Assembly: GCF_006345805.1 (NCBI RefSeq)
Contig: NC_043017.1
Coordinates: 5,952,001-6,016,000, forward strand
Length of the DNA: 64,000 nt
Direction of reading: 5' to 3'
Source: Octopus sinensis
Lineage: Eukaryota
This document shows, in pieces, positions 27,341-40,989 of this stretch (position 1 is the first letter of the stretch; the number at the start of each line of letters is the position of its first letter). The notes under the pieces were generated by a model. The model saw only the letters and a list, made by a program, of their open reading frames with translations. It did not search any database and had not been told where the DNA came from. The translations under genes were made by a program, and so were the position numbers.

Positions 27341-27512
27341 CTGGTGTGTCCCTTAGCTGGTGTGCCCCTTAGCTGGTGTGCTCCTTAGCTGGTGTGCCCC
27401 TTAGCTGGTGTGCCCCCTAGCTGGTGTGCCACCTTAGCTGGTGTGCCCCTTAGCTGGTGTGCTCCTTAGCTGGTGTGCTCCTTAGCTGGTGTGCTCCTTA
27501 GCTGGTGTGCTC
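27341..27512. repeat. GC-rich 16-bp minisatellite (ctggtgtgcYccttag), 10 full copies plus a partial
   Basis: Units counted directly; one unit is 17 bp. Confidence 0.97.
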
Positions 27513-28232
27513 TGTTGATGTGTACTAAAGCGAGACTTACATTCCACATAGAGACCCACATGCCACATCTATAAAGAAAGACCACCACGGAGTTCCATAC
27601 GTATAGCCTGACATCACAGGTTCCTCAGTTATCGAGCATCACCACATCGTGGAACAAGCTGGGGCTTGTTTCGAAAGAGGCTTAAGCACAGGTATGGGGA
27701 GATTTACACATTCTCCATTTTGCAACCAGCCTAAGATGTAGCCTTATGAAATATAGGCCTCTGTAGGTCAGGAAGTACAGTGTATTCTAGCTTTTGTTAT
27801 GGGAATGGCCTGGCTCTCCGTCGGTAGCGACGACGCGAGATCCAGTTGATTCAATCAGCCGGACAGCCTTACTTAGCGCGCGAGTGGCTGAGAAATCCAC
27901 AGACAGCAAGTGGATTGGTATCGATTTTGACCATGAATTTTTTGATCAACCAAACAACCTGCTACTTGAAATAAAGTGTAATTGACTGAGTATTCCACAA
28001 CGCAGAACCAGTATCACAGTGACGCGGTTGTAGCTTTTCAATTAGCAAGCACGACCCATTCGACTCAATTTCACTCACAAGGTTCGAGGTAGACCCGCGC
28101 ATATGGTAAACACGCTTGCCCAAGATACAACATAATGGGATCGAACTTGGAACCCTGTGACTAGCTAACGGAGCTCTTAACCATTCGGCCATGTTGCACC
28201 CACATACAAATATACAAATACGCGCGTGGGCA

Positions 28233-28266
<34 letters not shown>

Positions 28267-28352
28267 ATGCATAGACTCGCACAGATACATAAATTCAAAT
28301 ATATGCATATATATACACACATATATGCACACACACACACACACACACACAC

Positions 28353-28416
<64 letters not shown>

Positions 28417-28858
28417 CTTATCAGATAGCTGTTTATAGATATATAGGGAGAAAAGAATGGAAAATTAATCAGTTCACAGACACAGATTCAATCGTATCTC
28501 AGATCCTGAGATATAAATTTCCAGACATATGGAATTATGTGGATAATTGTGTAGGTGTTTAGTCTCACTCATCTAGCTCATCCGTCTGTCTGTATGTCTG
28601 TCTGTCTATATAACCGTCTGTCTATCCATCTATCTATCTGTCTATCCGTCCATCCATATATCTGTCTGTCCATCCATCTATCTATCCATCCATATATCTG
28701 TCTATCTATCTATCTATCCGTCTGTCTATCTATCTAGCTATCCGTCTGTCTGTCTATCTATCTGTGTATCTATCTAACTATCTGTCTATCCATCTGTCCA
28801 TCCATCCACTGTCACAACTAACATCATCTTTACTACATTATACAACAGCCACAATATC

Positions 28859-29211
28859 TATTTCTTTATTGCCTACAAGGGGCCAAACACAGAGGGAACA
28901 GACAAACGGATTAAGTCGATTATATCGACCCCAGTGCGTAATTGGTACTTATTTAATCGACCCCGAAAGGATGAAAGGCAAAGTCAACCTCGGCGGAATT
29001 TGAACTCAGAACGTAACGGCAGACGAAATACCTATTTCTTTACTACCCACAAGGGGCTAAACACAGAGAGGACAAACAAGGACAGACAAACGGATTAAGT
29101 CGATTATATCGACCCCAGTGCGTAACTGGTACTTATTTAATCGACCCCGAAAGGATGAAGGGCAAAGTCGACCTCGGCGGAATTTGAACTCAGAACGTAG
29201 CGACAGACGAA
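28859..29211 (-). mobile_element. Headless dimeric family-A SINE with 17-bp target-site duplication
   Basis: acaacagccacaatatc at 28842-28858 and 29212-29228 flanks two SINE units. Confidence 0.88.
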
Positions 29212-29978
29212 ACAACAGCCACAATATCGCCACCACACCACCATCAGCAGTACCGCTGCACCACACCTCTACCACTACTAACAACATCGTCACCGCCGTT
29301 TACATAACCACCAAGATGCTATAACACCGATACCGGTAACAGTGCTATCACCCCGTTATCGCTACTTGATAAAAACTTCACAATACTACCATTACCTAGC
29401 TCATCACTGTTTTAATTGTACTACTGGGGAGAGGTTGATCGCTGTATTTCCATATATGCTCCTGGAAGATCCTCGGAAGTTTTATTCCGAATTTTTCCCA
29501 TTGAGGATTGTATTACATAAAACACAAAACAAATGGAATTTGTGTCACCTCGGAAACCTTTAGTGCAACAGTTTGACATTTAAAGAGTCTTAATTGCACA
29601 TCTGTTTTCTTAACTGTGCATCTGTTTCCTGAACTGTGCATCTGTTTTTCTTAATTGTGCAACTTTTTCTTAAAGAACTGCAGTACGTTAGCAATGTTTC
29701 TCCTGAGAGAGAAACGTTCTCATAAATATATATTCTTTTTCTCCACGCCTGTGTATATGCATATATACACATATATTGTGTGTAATCTTTCACCTCTTTA
29801 ATTGTTACTTTTACTAATGATGCTAATTTTCTTTCGTTTTTTAAAATTTAACTGCTATTATAGTTCATTGCTGCACAATCCTGCTATTTTCATACTAAAT
29901 CTAATGCAGCCTTTTGTAAATGTAAGCAATCTTTTTCAAGGAATCTTTTCATACATCACCGGTTTTATTTTTCTTCAG

Positions 29979-29997
29979 CTATGCAGAGTCGTCTAAG
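29979..29997 (+). other. Candidate 19-nt microexon
   Basis: ggttttatttttcttcag|CTATGCAGAGTCGTCTAAG|gtaaga; consensus acceptor and donor. Confidence 0.4.
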
Positions 29998-30294
29998 GTA
30001 AGATATTTTACATTTTACATTTAGCCGCATTACCTCTGGTAATATGTTTTTAGTCACCATTATTCACACATATTCGTTGCATACATCCAGACTTTTACGT
30101 TTTATTCTTTTATCCTTTTTACCCCAATTTTAATCGTGTGAACTACTTCCAACAGCGCTAGCAACAAAAGAAAAAAAGGATGTTCGTTATAGTAATTCTC
30201 TATACTCACATCATTACACCTCTACTGTTTGATGCTAATTTCTCTCTTTCTTCCTCCCTCCTTTCTACCACTAACCTTACTTTCTTTTCTCTCA

Positions 30295-30383
<89 letters not shown>

Positions 30384-30621
30384 CAATTTTGTAACTTAAA
30401 AGGAAGAAGCTATTGAAATACCAACCCTTAACCTCTATTTATTCTAACTGGTTCCACAACTGTTTCCAAGCATTATATATTCTCTTAGTCGAACTGCATA
30501 TTTTTCGACGAGTCAATATTTGCACATACAAATATATATATAAATATATATATGTTTCATTGGTCAAACATAAATCTGAAAGAGAAGCACACTCTAAGTT
30601 ATAGAGCAGTATATAATATAA

Positions 30622-30742
30622 ATAAAGTTAGATAAGGCCTGTTTATAGGATTATTACCCTGGGTTTCACGTCCATAAAGCGCTGAAGATACGCTGTAAAG
30701 CTAAGCGCTTTATGGACGTAAACCGGCCTTATCTAACTTTAT
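30622..30742. mobile_element. Small fold-back MITE
   Basis: Outer IR ataaagttagataaggcc/ggccttatctaactttat; inner IR acgtccataaagcgct/agcgctttatggacgt. Confidence 0.8.
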
Positions 30743-30889
30743 ATATGCATGTATGTATATTTACATTATTCATTTGATTACAGCTATGCTGAAACGTAGC
30801 CCGAAGGGTTTAAGTTAGTCATATCGATCCTAGTATTTATAAGTCTTGTTTTTATCTCGTAAATCTCTTGCTTCACTCACTAAGGTATA

Positions 30890-30929
<40 letters not shown>

Positions 30930-30934
<5 letters not shown>

Positions 30935-31185
30935 ACCGACCAGACCATTGTTTTAGCCTTCGAATGATGCCACCCCGCTGGCTAAGCGAGCAGGCCAACA
31001 GAAGAAAGAGTGAAAGAAAGAGTGGTGAAAGAGTACAGCAGGGATGACCACTCCCTGCCGGAGTGTCGTGGAGCTTTTAGGTGTGTTCGCTCAATAAACA
31101 CTCACAACGCTCGGTCTGGGAATCGAAACCGCGATCCTACGACCGCGAGTCCGCTGCCCTAACCACTAGGCCATTGCGCCTCCAC
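30930..31185 (-). mobile_element. tRNA-derived SINE, family C
   Basis: Minus head ggaggcgcaatggcctagtggttagggcagcggactcgcggtcgtaggatcgcggtttcgattccc (A and B boxes); related copy at 51760-52045. Confidence 0.85.
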
Positions 31186-31522
31186 ACTCACACACACACA
31201 CACATATATATAAAGTGGACAAATGAAAGAAAGAGTTACTCAGCACATTTGACACGAGTTCACCAATTAGTATTTAATAAGTCTGGTTCATCGCGATACG
31301 ACCTAAACCTTCGTAAGCACGTCATACGAACCTCACCTCGCTCCTCAGGTTTCGGTCACCTAAACTTGCACGTGCTCGAGTGACGAGCCGAATAAAGCTA
31401 TGATCAAATACTAGTGTATGCGTACGCATTTAAACTGTTAAGCGGATACACACGAGTAGGTATATGTTGCAAAAATATGTGGTAAAATGACAGCGTTTGA
31501 AGACTTTATCACAGAAAATATC

Positions 31523-31837
31523 TATCGATTTCGCTCGTTGTAGACGACTTTTTCGTATTGGAATTAAAGAAAAATTGATAGAAATTAAATTAAACTTTCA
31601 TAATAATCAGACCTGGAAGTGCATATTATTTTTTCTTATAAAAATCACCGAGTGTCGTATTTTTTGTCTTGATTTATGCATGTCGGTAGCAAGTAGGACA
31701 ACCAGCTAGCACGAGTTAGAACACAAGGTGATACTTATGCACTTCCAGGAATGGTTATTATGAAAGTTTAATTTAATTTTTAGCAATGTTTCTTTTATTC
31801 CAGTTCGAAGAAGTCGTCTTAAACGATCAAATCGATA
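31523..31837. repeat. Diverged inverted repeat (~100-bp arms, ~110-bp spacer)
   Basis: 31523-31625 vs reverse complement of 31736-31837; shared aaattaaattaaactttcataataa and cctggaagtgcata. Confidence 0.88.
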
Positions 31838-32069
31838 CATGCTTTCTTTGTTTTCTACGATAGATTCTTCCAAACACTTGTCTCCTTTATTACACACACA
31901 TACTATACTCGGAGACCCCCTTCGGCCACGAATGACCATGGGATTGCACCTAGAAAGTTACCCTCCGAGGCACAAGTCCGAGCAAGTTTGTTTATGGAAG
32001 ACCAGTAGACGCCCATGCATACCAGCCTCCCCTCTCCACGCTACCCTCAAAGAATTTCGGGCCTTGTGC

Positions 32070-32320
32070 CTAGAATAGAAAAGAGACGTTAGCACACCGG
32101 GCGAAATGCTTAGCAGTATTTCGTCTGCCGTTACGTTCTGACTTCAAATTCCACCAAGGTCGACTTTGCCTTTCATCCTTTCGAGGTCGATTAAATAAGT
32201 ACCAGTTACGCACTGGGGTCGATATAATCGACTTAATCCGTTTGTCTGTCCTTGTTTGTCCTCTCTGTGTTTAGTCCCTTGTGGGTAGTAAAGAAATAGA
32301 AATAGGTATTTCGTCTGTCT
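32070..32320 (+). mobile_element. Family-A SINE with start of a second unit
   Basis: Core plus tail gtgggtagtaaagaaata followed by ggtatttcgtctgtctttacgttctg. Confidence 0.85.
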
Positions 32321-35119
32321 TTACGTTCTGAAAGTCTGCTTTTGCATTTCGGAGTATTTCCTTATTTGGGCAGTTAATGATCTGGGACCGTATATCGAAA
32401 CTGATATGGTTCCTTCAAGGAAAACTGATTTCGGCCATTTAAAGCATAAAAATCTGTTTATATTCACTCCCCGTTTATTTCCTAATAGCGTGATCAGATG
32501 GTTTTATAAATCGCTGGTCACAATGCACTTTACATCGTTTTAGCTTTTGAATGACAGCCACCCCGCTGGCTAGGCGAACAGGCCAACATTCCCCCTGATC
32601 ACAAGACTAGCTCAGCGCAGGGTGTACCCATTTACAGCTGAGTGGACTGGAACAATGTGAACTGAAGGGTTTTGCTCAAGAACACAACACACCGCTCGGT
32701 CTCAGAAATCGATCTCACCATCCCAAGATCGTGGATGCAACACCCTAACCACTAAGCCAGGCGCCTTCACCTATTTCCTAATGCTACGTTATATTTATGA
32801 AATGTCAACGTTTCCGTCACAGACACAAATCCATTTCATCTGTTAAAAACCATTTACTGGTGAGCTTCCATAAGCCTCAAGCAATTGTCGTTTCTTCACC
32901 GTTTTGTCTTTTTCTTCTCTTCTTGTCTCTTTCTTATTTGATTGACTTTCAACTTTAAATATGTCCGCTTAATATCGTCTTTCATCTTTTACTTGCTTCA
33001 GTCATTGGAATGCGCTTATGTTGCAGTATCGCCTTGGGGCCGTATTTTGTTAGATGAACAGATCGGCCCCATTACGCTTTTTTTTTTTTTTTTGAAGTCT
33101 CGTGCTTATTTTGTCAGCCTCTTTTGCCAAACCGTTCGGTCACAGGGTCTTAAACAAACCATCACCGGCTGTTAGGTGGTCAGAAACACGCACACACACA
33201 CAATTACGTATGACGTGCTTTCACACGGTTTCGCTCTGCCAAATTCCCTCACAGGGCACTGGTCTGCCCAACCTGCCACACAGTGAGTGAAAGAAAACCC
33301 GAAACCACGTGGTTGTAAAGCGAGCTTCTTAACCACACAGCCATTTTGAAATTGGGGAATAAAGATGAAGATGCAAAGAACATAGAACTCAAATATTTAA
33401 TTTTTCTTATTGCTTGGTTATTACGAACTTCTTAAAATTTTTAGTTTGTGCTTATCATGTATTTCACTATTTCATTCGTTTTAGAAATCATCAGCATGAC
33501 ATAATCTGAGATAAATTAAATTTTTTACGAAGCAAAACATTTCTCATAATAAAAAAATAATAACGACAGTCTGGGAGAAATTAATGAAAAACGTGCGTTT
33601 CTTATCATTTTGTCCATAGCGCATTAAGTTATTGGAGACGTCGTACGTCATGTATTAAAGTTGCTTCAAAATTTGTTTGAAATATCTGCCCCGAGCAAAA
33701 GTCTGTTAACATTGGATTCTTGCAAGTCGTAGTTAATCGTTATGGCAAAAAATATTTGTATACACAAATACATGTGTATACGTGCACACTCACATGAAGG
33801 TGACTGATTTATGGTGTGGGATATATACTCTCCTTATGTGTAGTGCATTGGTGTTACCATGTTTGTATTTGCAGTTAATACAAGGTTCGTCCTCATGTCT
33901 GCAAACTGCTTCAGTTGCCTGTCGTAGCATCGTATTATAAGGATGTGTTGATATTTTAAAACTGTTGATTAAACCATCGTGTTCCTCTAGAGGATTTTAA
34001 CCAAATATCATTGTAAATTTCTTTTCAATAAAAACGCTCAAATATTCACTTAAGCTTTTATCTACACCGCAGACTTTATATTTTACATAATTTTTCGACA
34101 GGTGGGTGAGCGGAGATAACAGATGACTCTCCTTCATATCTTAGATTATATTCTAACTTTCTTACTTTACAATTAATATGTGGGTTTGTGTTGGCTGTGG
34201 CTAAGGGTGGGGGCACCCCTTTTTAAGAGTTTAGTTGGACAAATTGACCCAGTAACTATTTTTAAAGTCTGGTACTAATTCTAACGATACCTTTTGCCAT
34301 ACTATTAAGTTACAAAGGTGTAATCAAACCAGTATCAGTTGTTAAGTGAGGGTGGGGACAAACAAAGACGCACACACATATGCATAGAGAGAAATAGGAG
34401 GGCTTCCGCACAGTTTCCGTTTACTAAATTCACTCATCAAACATTGGTCGGCCCGGAGATTTAGTAGAATACACTTGCCACGCAGTAAGACTGAACTTGA
34501 AACCTCGTGATTACAAAGCGAGCTTCTTGTGATCATTTTCCCCTTCCAAACAGTTTTAAAGATGATTGATCGGATAGACCCTAGAGCTCAATGAAACATG
34601 CCGTGGAATTGAAACCGAAACCGAGTAGTTAAGAAGTAAACTTGTTAAGCACACAGTCATTACAGGTGCTCGTAATTTGAACACAGCATACATAGATGGT
34701 TTGGTTCTCCGTCGGTCACGGCGACGCGTATTCCAGTTGATCCAATCAACGAAACAGGAAGCTCGTGAAATTAGCGTGAAAGTGACAGAGCACTGCATAG
34801 ACATGAGAACCCTTAGCGTAGTTCTCATGGAGATTCCGCGTGACACAGACTGTGATAAGGGTGGGCTCTTTGAAATGCAGGCACAAGAAGTTCTTGCCAG
34901 CTGAGTGGACTGCAACAACGGAAAATAAAGTGTCTTACTCAAGTACACAGTTGCACCGCTGGGAATCGAACTCACGACATTACGAATCGTGAACCGAATA
35001 CTCTAACCACTAAGCCACGCGCTTTTTATATGTAGATGCGTTGGAATTAAATACTGTAAGATATTTAGTCCAGGAGTCGACTGTCTGTGCGTCTCTCTCT
35101 TATTTACTGTAAACATTTT

Positions 35120-35752
35120 AATGGAATAATTGAGCAAACTGACATCCCGTACGCAGAATATAATTGGAGATCGTTTATTGATTGTTCAAAGGGAAACATG
35201 GAAGCAGTCTTACTGTATAATGGAACGTCTGTAAGTTCTATAGAAATTCTGGTTATTCTGTAAAACTGTCTGAAACAAATGAATGCTTAGAATTGTTAGA
35301 ATTTGTTTCATTGTGCTAATTCAAAATTAATCGTATTCATTTTCATATAGACTTCACGGTGGTTATACAAAATGTTTGTGTCTTCACCGTCTGGAGCAAA
35401 GCGAAGCTGACACATGTGACTTTTCTTTCTACACGATACATTGACCATCTTAGAAATGAGACTTGGCCAAGTTTTTTTTTTTTTTTTATTTTTATTGTTA
35501 TTACTACAGTTGTCTGTAGCAGGTCTAAAGAAGGTACTTTTACAGACATTACTCTTACTCTTTTACTCTTTTACTTGTTTCAGTCATTTGACTGCGGCCA
35601 TGCTGGAGCACCGCCTTTAGTCGATCAAATCGACCCCGGAACTTATTCTTTGTAAGCCCAGTACTTATTCTATCGGTCTCTTTTGCCGAACCGCTAAGTG
35701 GCGGGGACGTAGACACACCAGCATCGGTTGTGAAGCAATGCTAGGGGGACAA

Positions 35753-35809
<57 letters not shown>

Positions 35810-36490
35810 CATATATACGACAAGCTTCTTTCAGTTTCCGTCTACCAAATCCACTCACAAGGCATTGGTCGGCCCGGGGCTATAGCAGAAGACACTTGCC
35901 CAAGATGCCACGCAGTGGGACTGAACCCGCAACCATGTGGTTGGTTAGCAAGCTACTTACCACACAGCCACTCCTTGTATATAAAGTGTTTGGAATATTT
36001 TGCGAAAAGAACACATGCATACAAAAAACAAACAAAAAAAAAACACTCAACAACAACAACAACAAAAAACTCTCTAATAAAGATGGAAGAGTATTTAAAT
36101 AAGTTTGCCTTTGGTTTTCAGTTTTAACAGGCATCAAAATAAAACGCTGACATTTTTTGTTGGACCACAAATTAGAGAAGTGATGAGAGATGACAATTTT
36201 GTGAACAATATGTCTGCAGTTGATTTAAAAGCCTGGCAAATATTTAAATCTGTTGTTAGAAACTTTCTTGGAAATGTTAAAAAGTTCCAAATTGCAAATG
36301 AGCCAGTTTGTTAGCATGATTGATGATTCTCTTCAGCTTGGATGTAGCATGTGTGCGAAGACGTACTTTCCGCATTCACATCTTGACTTATTTCCAGCAA
36401 ACTCTGGTTTCTGCAATAAAGAGAAAGGTTAACGGTTTCCATCGAGACATAATGTCAATGGAAAAGTTATCAATGCCAGTGGGACATTAC
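35120..36490 (+). pseudogene. Chapaev3-like (CMC) DNA transposase remnant split by a family-B SINE
   Basis: YAEYNWRSFIDCSKGNMEAVLLYNG (~35150-35230) and IFVGPQIREVMRDDNFVNNMSAVDLKAWQIFKSVVRNFLGN...HSHLDLFP (~36150-36400); frameshifts and stops; family assignment from recalled motifs. Confidence 0.72.
35553..35975 (-). mobile_element. Family-B SINE, full length, nested in the transposase remnant
   Basis: tactcttttactcttttacttgtttcagtc tail through cttaccacacagccactcct head; nearly identical to 60880-61280. Confidence 0.92.
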
Positions 36491-37558
36491 TTGTTGTTGT
36501 TGTTGTTGTTGCTGTTGTTTAACCCTAGGTTAGGTCCGGTTAAGGACGTCTGTAAACCAATGCAGTGCAGCCATAGTAAACTCAACTTCTTTTATATCGT
36601 ATTTTAGGTTTGGATTGCTTTTGTGTAGCCAACTGCGGGACGAAGCATTCGGCATGTCCACTCCACCAGCCACAGTGTGGTGTGTAAGCCATGAATCTGA
36701 GCTTGAGACCATACTGGTTTGATGAGGCTACTCTGCTACACTACCTCAACATAGCTTAGCAAGGGGGTACAGTTTTTATACTCAGAATTAGGAGTAGTTG
36801 AATCGATTACATCGACCCCAGTGCTCAACTGGTACATTTTTTATGTATGTATATGCACAGTATGTGTATGCACATGTGCATATGTATGGATGGATTGGAT
36901 TGCCTATGCTTAGTTAACTGCAGCAGGAAGGGATCAGCACGTCCTCTCCACCAACCACGATCTGATGTGTGTAGGCCGTGAATTTGAGCTTGAGGTTACA
37001 CTGGTTTCATGAGTCTACTCTTCCACACTGGCTCAAAATGTTGGGCAGAGAGATGCAGATTTTTAAAACTTTTACCCAGGAGTAGTTAAGTCAATTACAT
37101 ATTTAATGGCATATAAAACACACTTTTCTTCCTACGTGATAAGATGTCTCAGAAGAATTATTGCGGGTCCTATATGTGAAGACACGTGGCTTAATGATTA
37201 GGGTGTTGCCATAATCTAATGATTATGGTAACACCCTAATCATTAGGTCGCCAGATCGTAGGTCTGATTCCCGGATCAAACGGCGTATAATGTTCTTGAG
37301 CAAAACACTTCATATCACGTTTTTCTAGTGTTGTTAGAACTGGCATACCAAATAACAAACCCAATGTTTTCTCTGCGTGTCGTAAAAAAAAAGCTATGGT
37401 AGGACTTGCATTCTGACCTCGTAAAACTTTGACCAGCAGTGTCTACTCAAATAGATCCAAAGGTCGGAGGGTTGTCTGTGTGGTGCAAAGATCTGCCAAG
37501 AATAAGGAATCGCCAACAAATGGTGGCAACAGCAACGCTGGTACAGCGTGTTTCCCTA

Positions 37559-37594
<36 letters not shown>

Positions 37595-38819
37595 GTACGA
37601 TGCTGGGCCTTCTATAAGCTTCAATACATTATTTTCCATCCATAAATATGTGCAGCTGAAATTGGGGTGCGTCTAATACGCCATCCAAAACTATTTATAG
37701 AATTACATTTTGCTTTGCCTTTCTTTTACGACTCTAGGATGTAATTTAAAGGAATTCAGTTGCTACTTCTAGCATTTCGGGCGTCACATAGAGGCCTCAT
37801 CAGTGGTTTATAGTTAAGTTTCAGTATATGAAATGTGATTACCCCCGCCTCCTTCAACCGTCCACTTACAATAGAACATTAAAAACACAAATGTTGATGA
37901 AGAATTAAGATCTTTTTTGTACAATTTTGTCTTCGTATTTTTGTTGTAATTATATTTTTGTAATTATCTTATTTCGAAACTATAATGTGATGGGGAAAAT
38001 ATCTAATAACGAAATTTGAAATAAAACTTTATTAAACATTAAATAGATGGCGGCTCTTTGATCCTAGATAACACTTCAACGTCCAAAAACTATGGACCAT
38101 TTCTATAAATATTATGAAATTATGTCTTAGCTATTAATAGTTTTTTTTTTAAGAGCTAATAGGACAGAAGTTTCAGCTAGCTTAGAGGAAAATATATCGA
38201 TTTTGAAAACTAGGCAATCTCGGGTTCGTATCCTGCTACCGGTAGGATCTATCTATATATATGCAGTTTCCATGTTAGATTTCTTCATCATGAAGTTTGC
38301 TTTTCTTCTACAATGGTGTAGGTGTGGCTGTGTGGTTGAGAAGCTTGCTTCAGAACCATGTGGTCTTGGCTCCAGTCCCTCAGTTTGACATCTTGGGCAT
38401 GTGTCTTCTATTATAACATCGAGTCGACTAAAGCCTTCCCGGTGGATAAGGGCAACAAAAACTGAAAAAAGCCCCGTCGTATGTGTTTTTGTGTTTGAAA
38501 TGTTTGTATCCCCACAAATCATCACCACTTGACAACCATTGCTAGTATGTGTTTATGTTCCTGTAATTTAGCGGATCGACAAAAGAGACCGATAGAATAA
38601 GTTCCAGGCTTAAAAAATGTCACAGGGTTGATTCGTTCGATTAAAAACCCTTATCGCGATGCCCCAGCATGGCCGCAGTCAAATGACTGAAACAAGTAAA
38701 GGTAAAAGGTAATGGTACCTGCAGAAAGGTATGTCAACATAGGGTTTTCATTAAGGACACACAAACGCTCCTTAAAACTCGTGATTTTTGGCAGGTCTCT
38801 ATCAACTCTCAGGTATATT

Positions 38820-39220
38820 CTTTTCTATTCTAGGCACAAGGCCCGAAATTTTTGGGAAGGTGGGGTCAGTCGATCAGATCGACTCCAGTACGCAACTGGT
38901 ACTTAATTAATCGATCTCGAAAGGATGAAAGGCAAAGTCGACCTCGGCGGTAATTTGAACTCAGAATGTAAAGACAGATGAAATACCTATTTTTGTACAG
39001 CCCACAAGGGGCTAAACACAGAGGGGACAAACAAGGACAGAAAAACAGATAAAGTCGATTATATCGACCCCAGAGCGTAACTGGTACTTAATTTATCGAC
39101 CCCGAAAGGATGAAAGGCAAAGTCGACACTGGCCGAATTCGAACTCAGAACGTAACGAAAGACGAAATACGGCTACGCATTTCACCCGGCGTGCTAACGA
39201 TTCTGCCAGCTCGCCGCCTT
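38820..39220 (-). mobile_element. Dimeric family-A SINE
   Basis: Same junction (gatgaaatac|ctattttt) at ~38975-38995. Confidence 0.85.
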
Positions 39221-40989
39221 CACCCTCAGGTATATTAGAAGAGGAAAAATATGAGTCAGAAACATCGAGGACGCAAAGACCGGTGAAGTGTAAGAAACGA
39301 AAGTTATTTTTTCTCTTCTCATGAGAGAAGTAATGGCCTTCACCTTTGCAGGTGATGATTCAGATTTACCACCGAATAAGTTGTGTTAAACCACTGGTTC
39401 TCAATGATATTTTACCTATGGACCCTTTGATTCCGAGTTTCCTCAGGGAGTGGGGTCCTTCATCGCCATTCGATGGCTAAAAGCTCTTATAATATTTTTA
39501 TGATTAAATATTAGGGTTTGCATAAAAAGTGTTTAAATATTGTGTATTGAAGAAACATACCCCGTTTATTGCCCATGTATCTTAACAACAAAATCTAATA
39601 TGAACCCTGAAGGGCCAAATAGACCCCTGGTTTTTACCGCTACCATCCGAAGACCACGTTATGATGTTAAACAATGGTGTGCTAGTCTTGCCCACCTAAA
39701 GCTCTGACAGTGGTATATAAAGCGGGTAGGCTAATATCCATCCGCTTTATACTACCACCCAGTGACTAGGTGGTGATGTTAACCAAGGTAGTGTGCTAGT
39801 CCTACTATCAAGTAAGCTGGTGGGGTTAAACAGGGTGGCGTGCTACTACCAAAAGACCAGGTAATGATGTAAAGCCAGGAGTTGTGTTAGGCATATCACG
39901 ATATAAATCAATTAAAGGGTGGTATTCTGAGTTCAAATTCCGCCGAGGTCGACTTCGTTTTTCATCCTTTCGGGGTCTATAAAATAAGTACCAGTCAAGC
40001 GCGAGGGTCGATATAATAGAGTAACCCCCACACCCAGAATTTCACACCTTGTTAAACAGGGTAATATACTCCTCCTACTACCCAAGGGGCAAATGACGAT
40101 GTACAAGGGTTGTTTTTACTGCTACCATCCGAAGACCACGTTATGATGTTACACAATGGTATGCTAGTCTTGCCCACCTAAAGCTCTGACAGTGGTATAT
40201 AAAGCGGGTAGGCTAATATCCATCCGCTTTATACTACCAACTAGCTTTGGCTGCCATTTCTTGTAGAGAAGGAAAAAAGGGGAACAGAATATAAATGAAT
40301 TAAAAGAGATGTCGAGTAAAAGTTGAAAAGGTTCCCCCCTTTTTCTTAGATACGATTTACATTGTTGTTTAGTCTCAGGTCACCTTTCACTGAAATGTTT
40401 CTAGAAATATATTATCCTGTATATTCCACTTTTTTTTCCTTTTAAGACAATGATTTAATATTTGGCTGCCATATCTAGCAAATGGAGGAACTAGATAGAA
40501 AGTAAATTTCTACGTGAGTTCTTGGTGTATAATGTCCACGCAAGAGGATAGATTTTTTTTTCATTCCCTAAATACACAAGCAGTAATTCTGGACTAAGCT
40601 GCATTACTATTCTATAAACAGTTATCGACTTTTCATATTTTCTGATTTCTAGCTTCAGTGGATATTGTCTTCGTTACAACGAATAAACAAAAATATTAGC
40701 AATATGAAGGATCACCATGAAAGGTCAGAAGGAAAAAATCATTACAAAAGGTCGTTACGAAAGGTCATCATCAAAGGTCATCGTCACTGATTATTCAAGA
40801 TTAATTAGCATTAGTTTAACATTGCAATGATCATACGATGCTGTGGTATTAGATGTAGTAATTTTTCCCTAAGTCCACCCCGGTCATACAGATCTATGAT
40901 CGAATGTATCCCGTCCTAAGTATTACGTCTTATTTTCAGACATCGTATACCATAGACTATAACGGGTATTGCGTCTATATTTCTGAAGG

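Noticed and set aside
27341-27512. Possible CRISPR array
   Set aside because: Units are contiguous with no unique spacers, there are no cas genes, and the context is eukaryotic
27620-27691. 72-nt phase 1-1 exon candidate (SSVIEHHHIVEQAGACFERGLST)
   Set aside because: Weak pyrimidine tract and phase incompatible with the upstream phase-0 donor at 27325
31110-31185. tRNA gene-like sequence with A and B boxes (also at other SINE heads)
   Set aside because: Continuous with SINE bodies present in multiple copies; no complete cloverleaf supported
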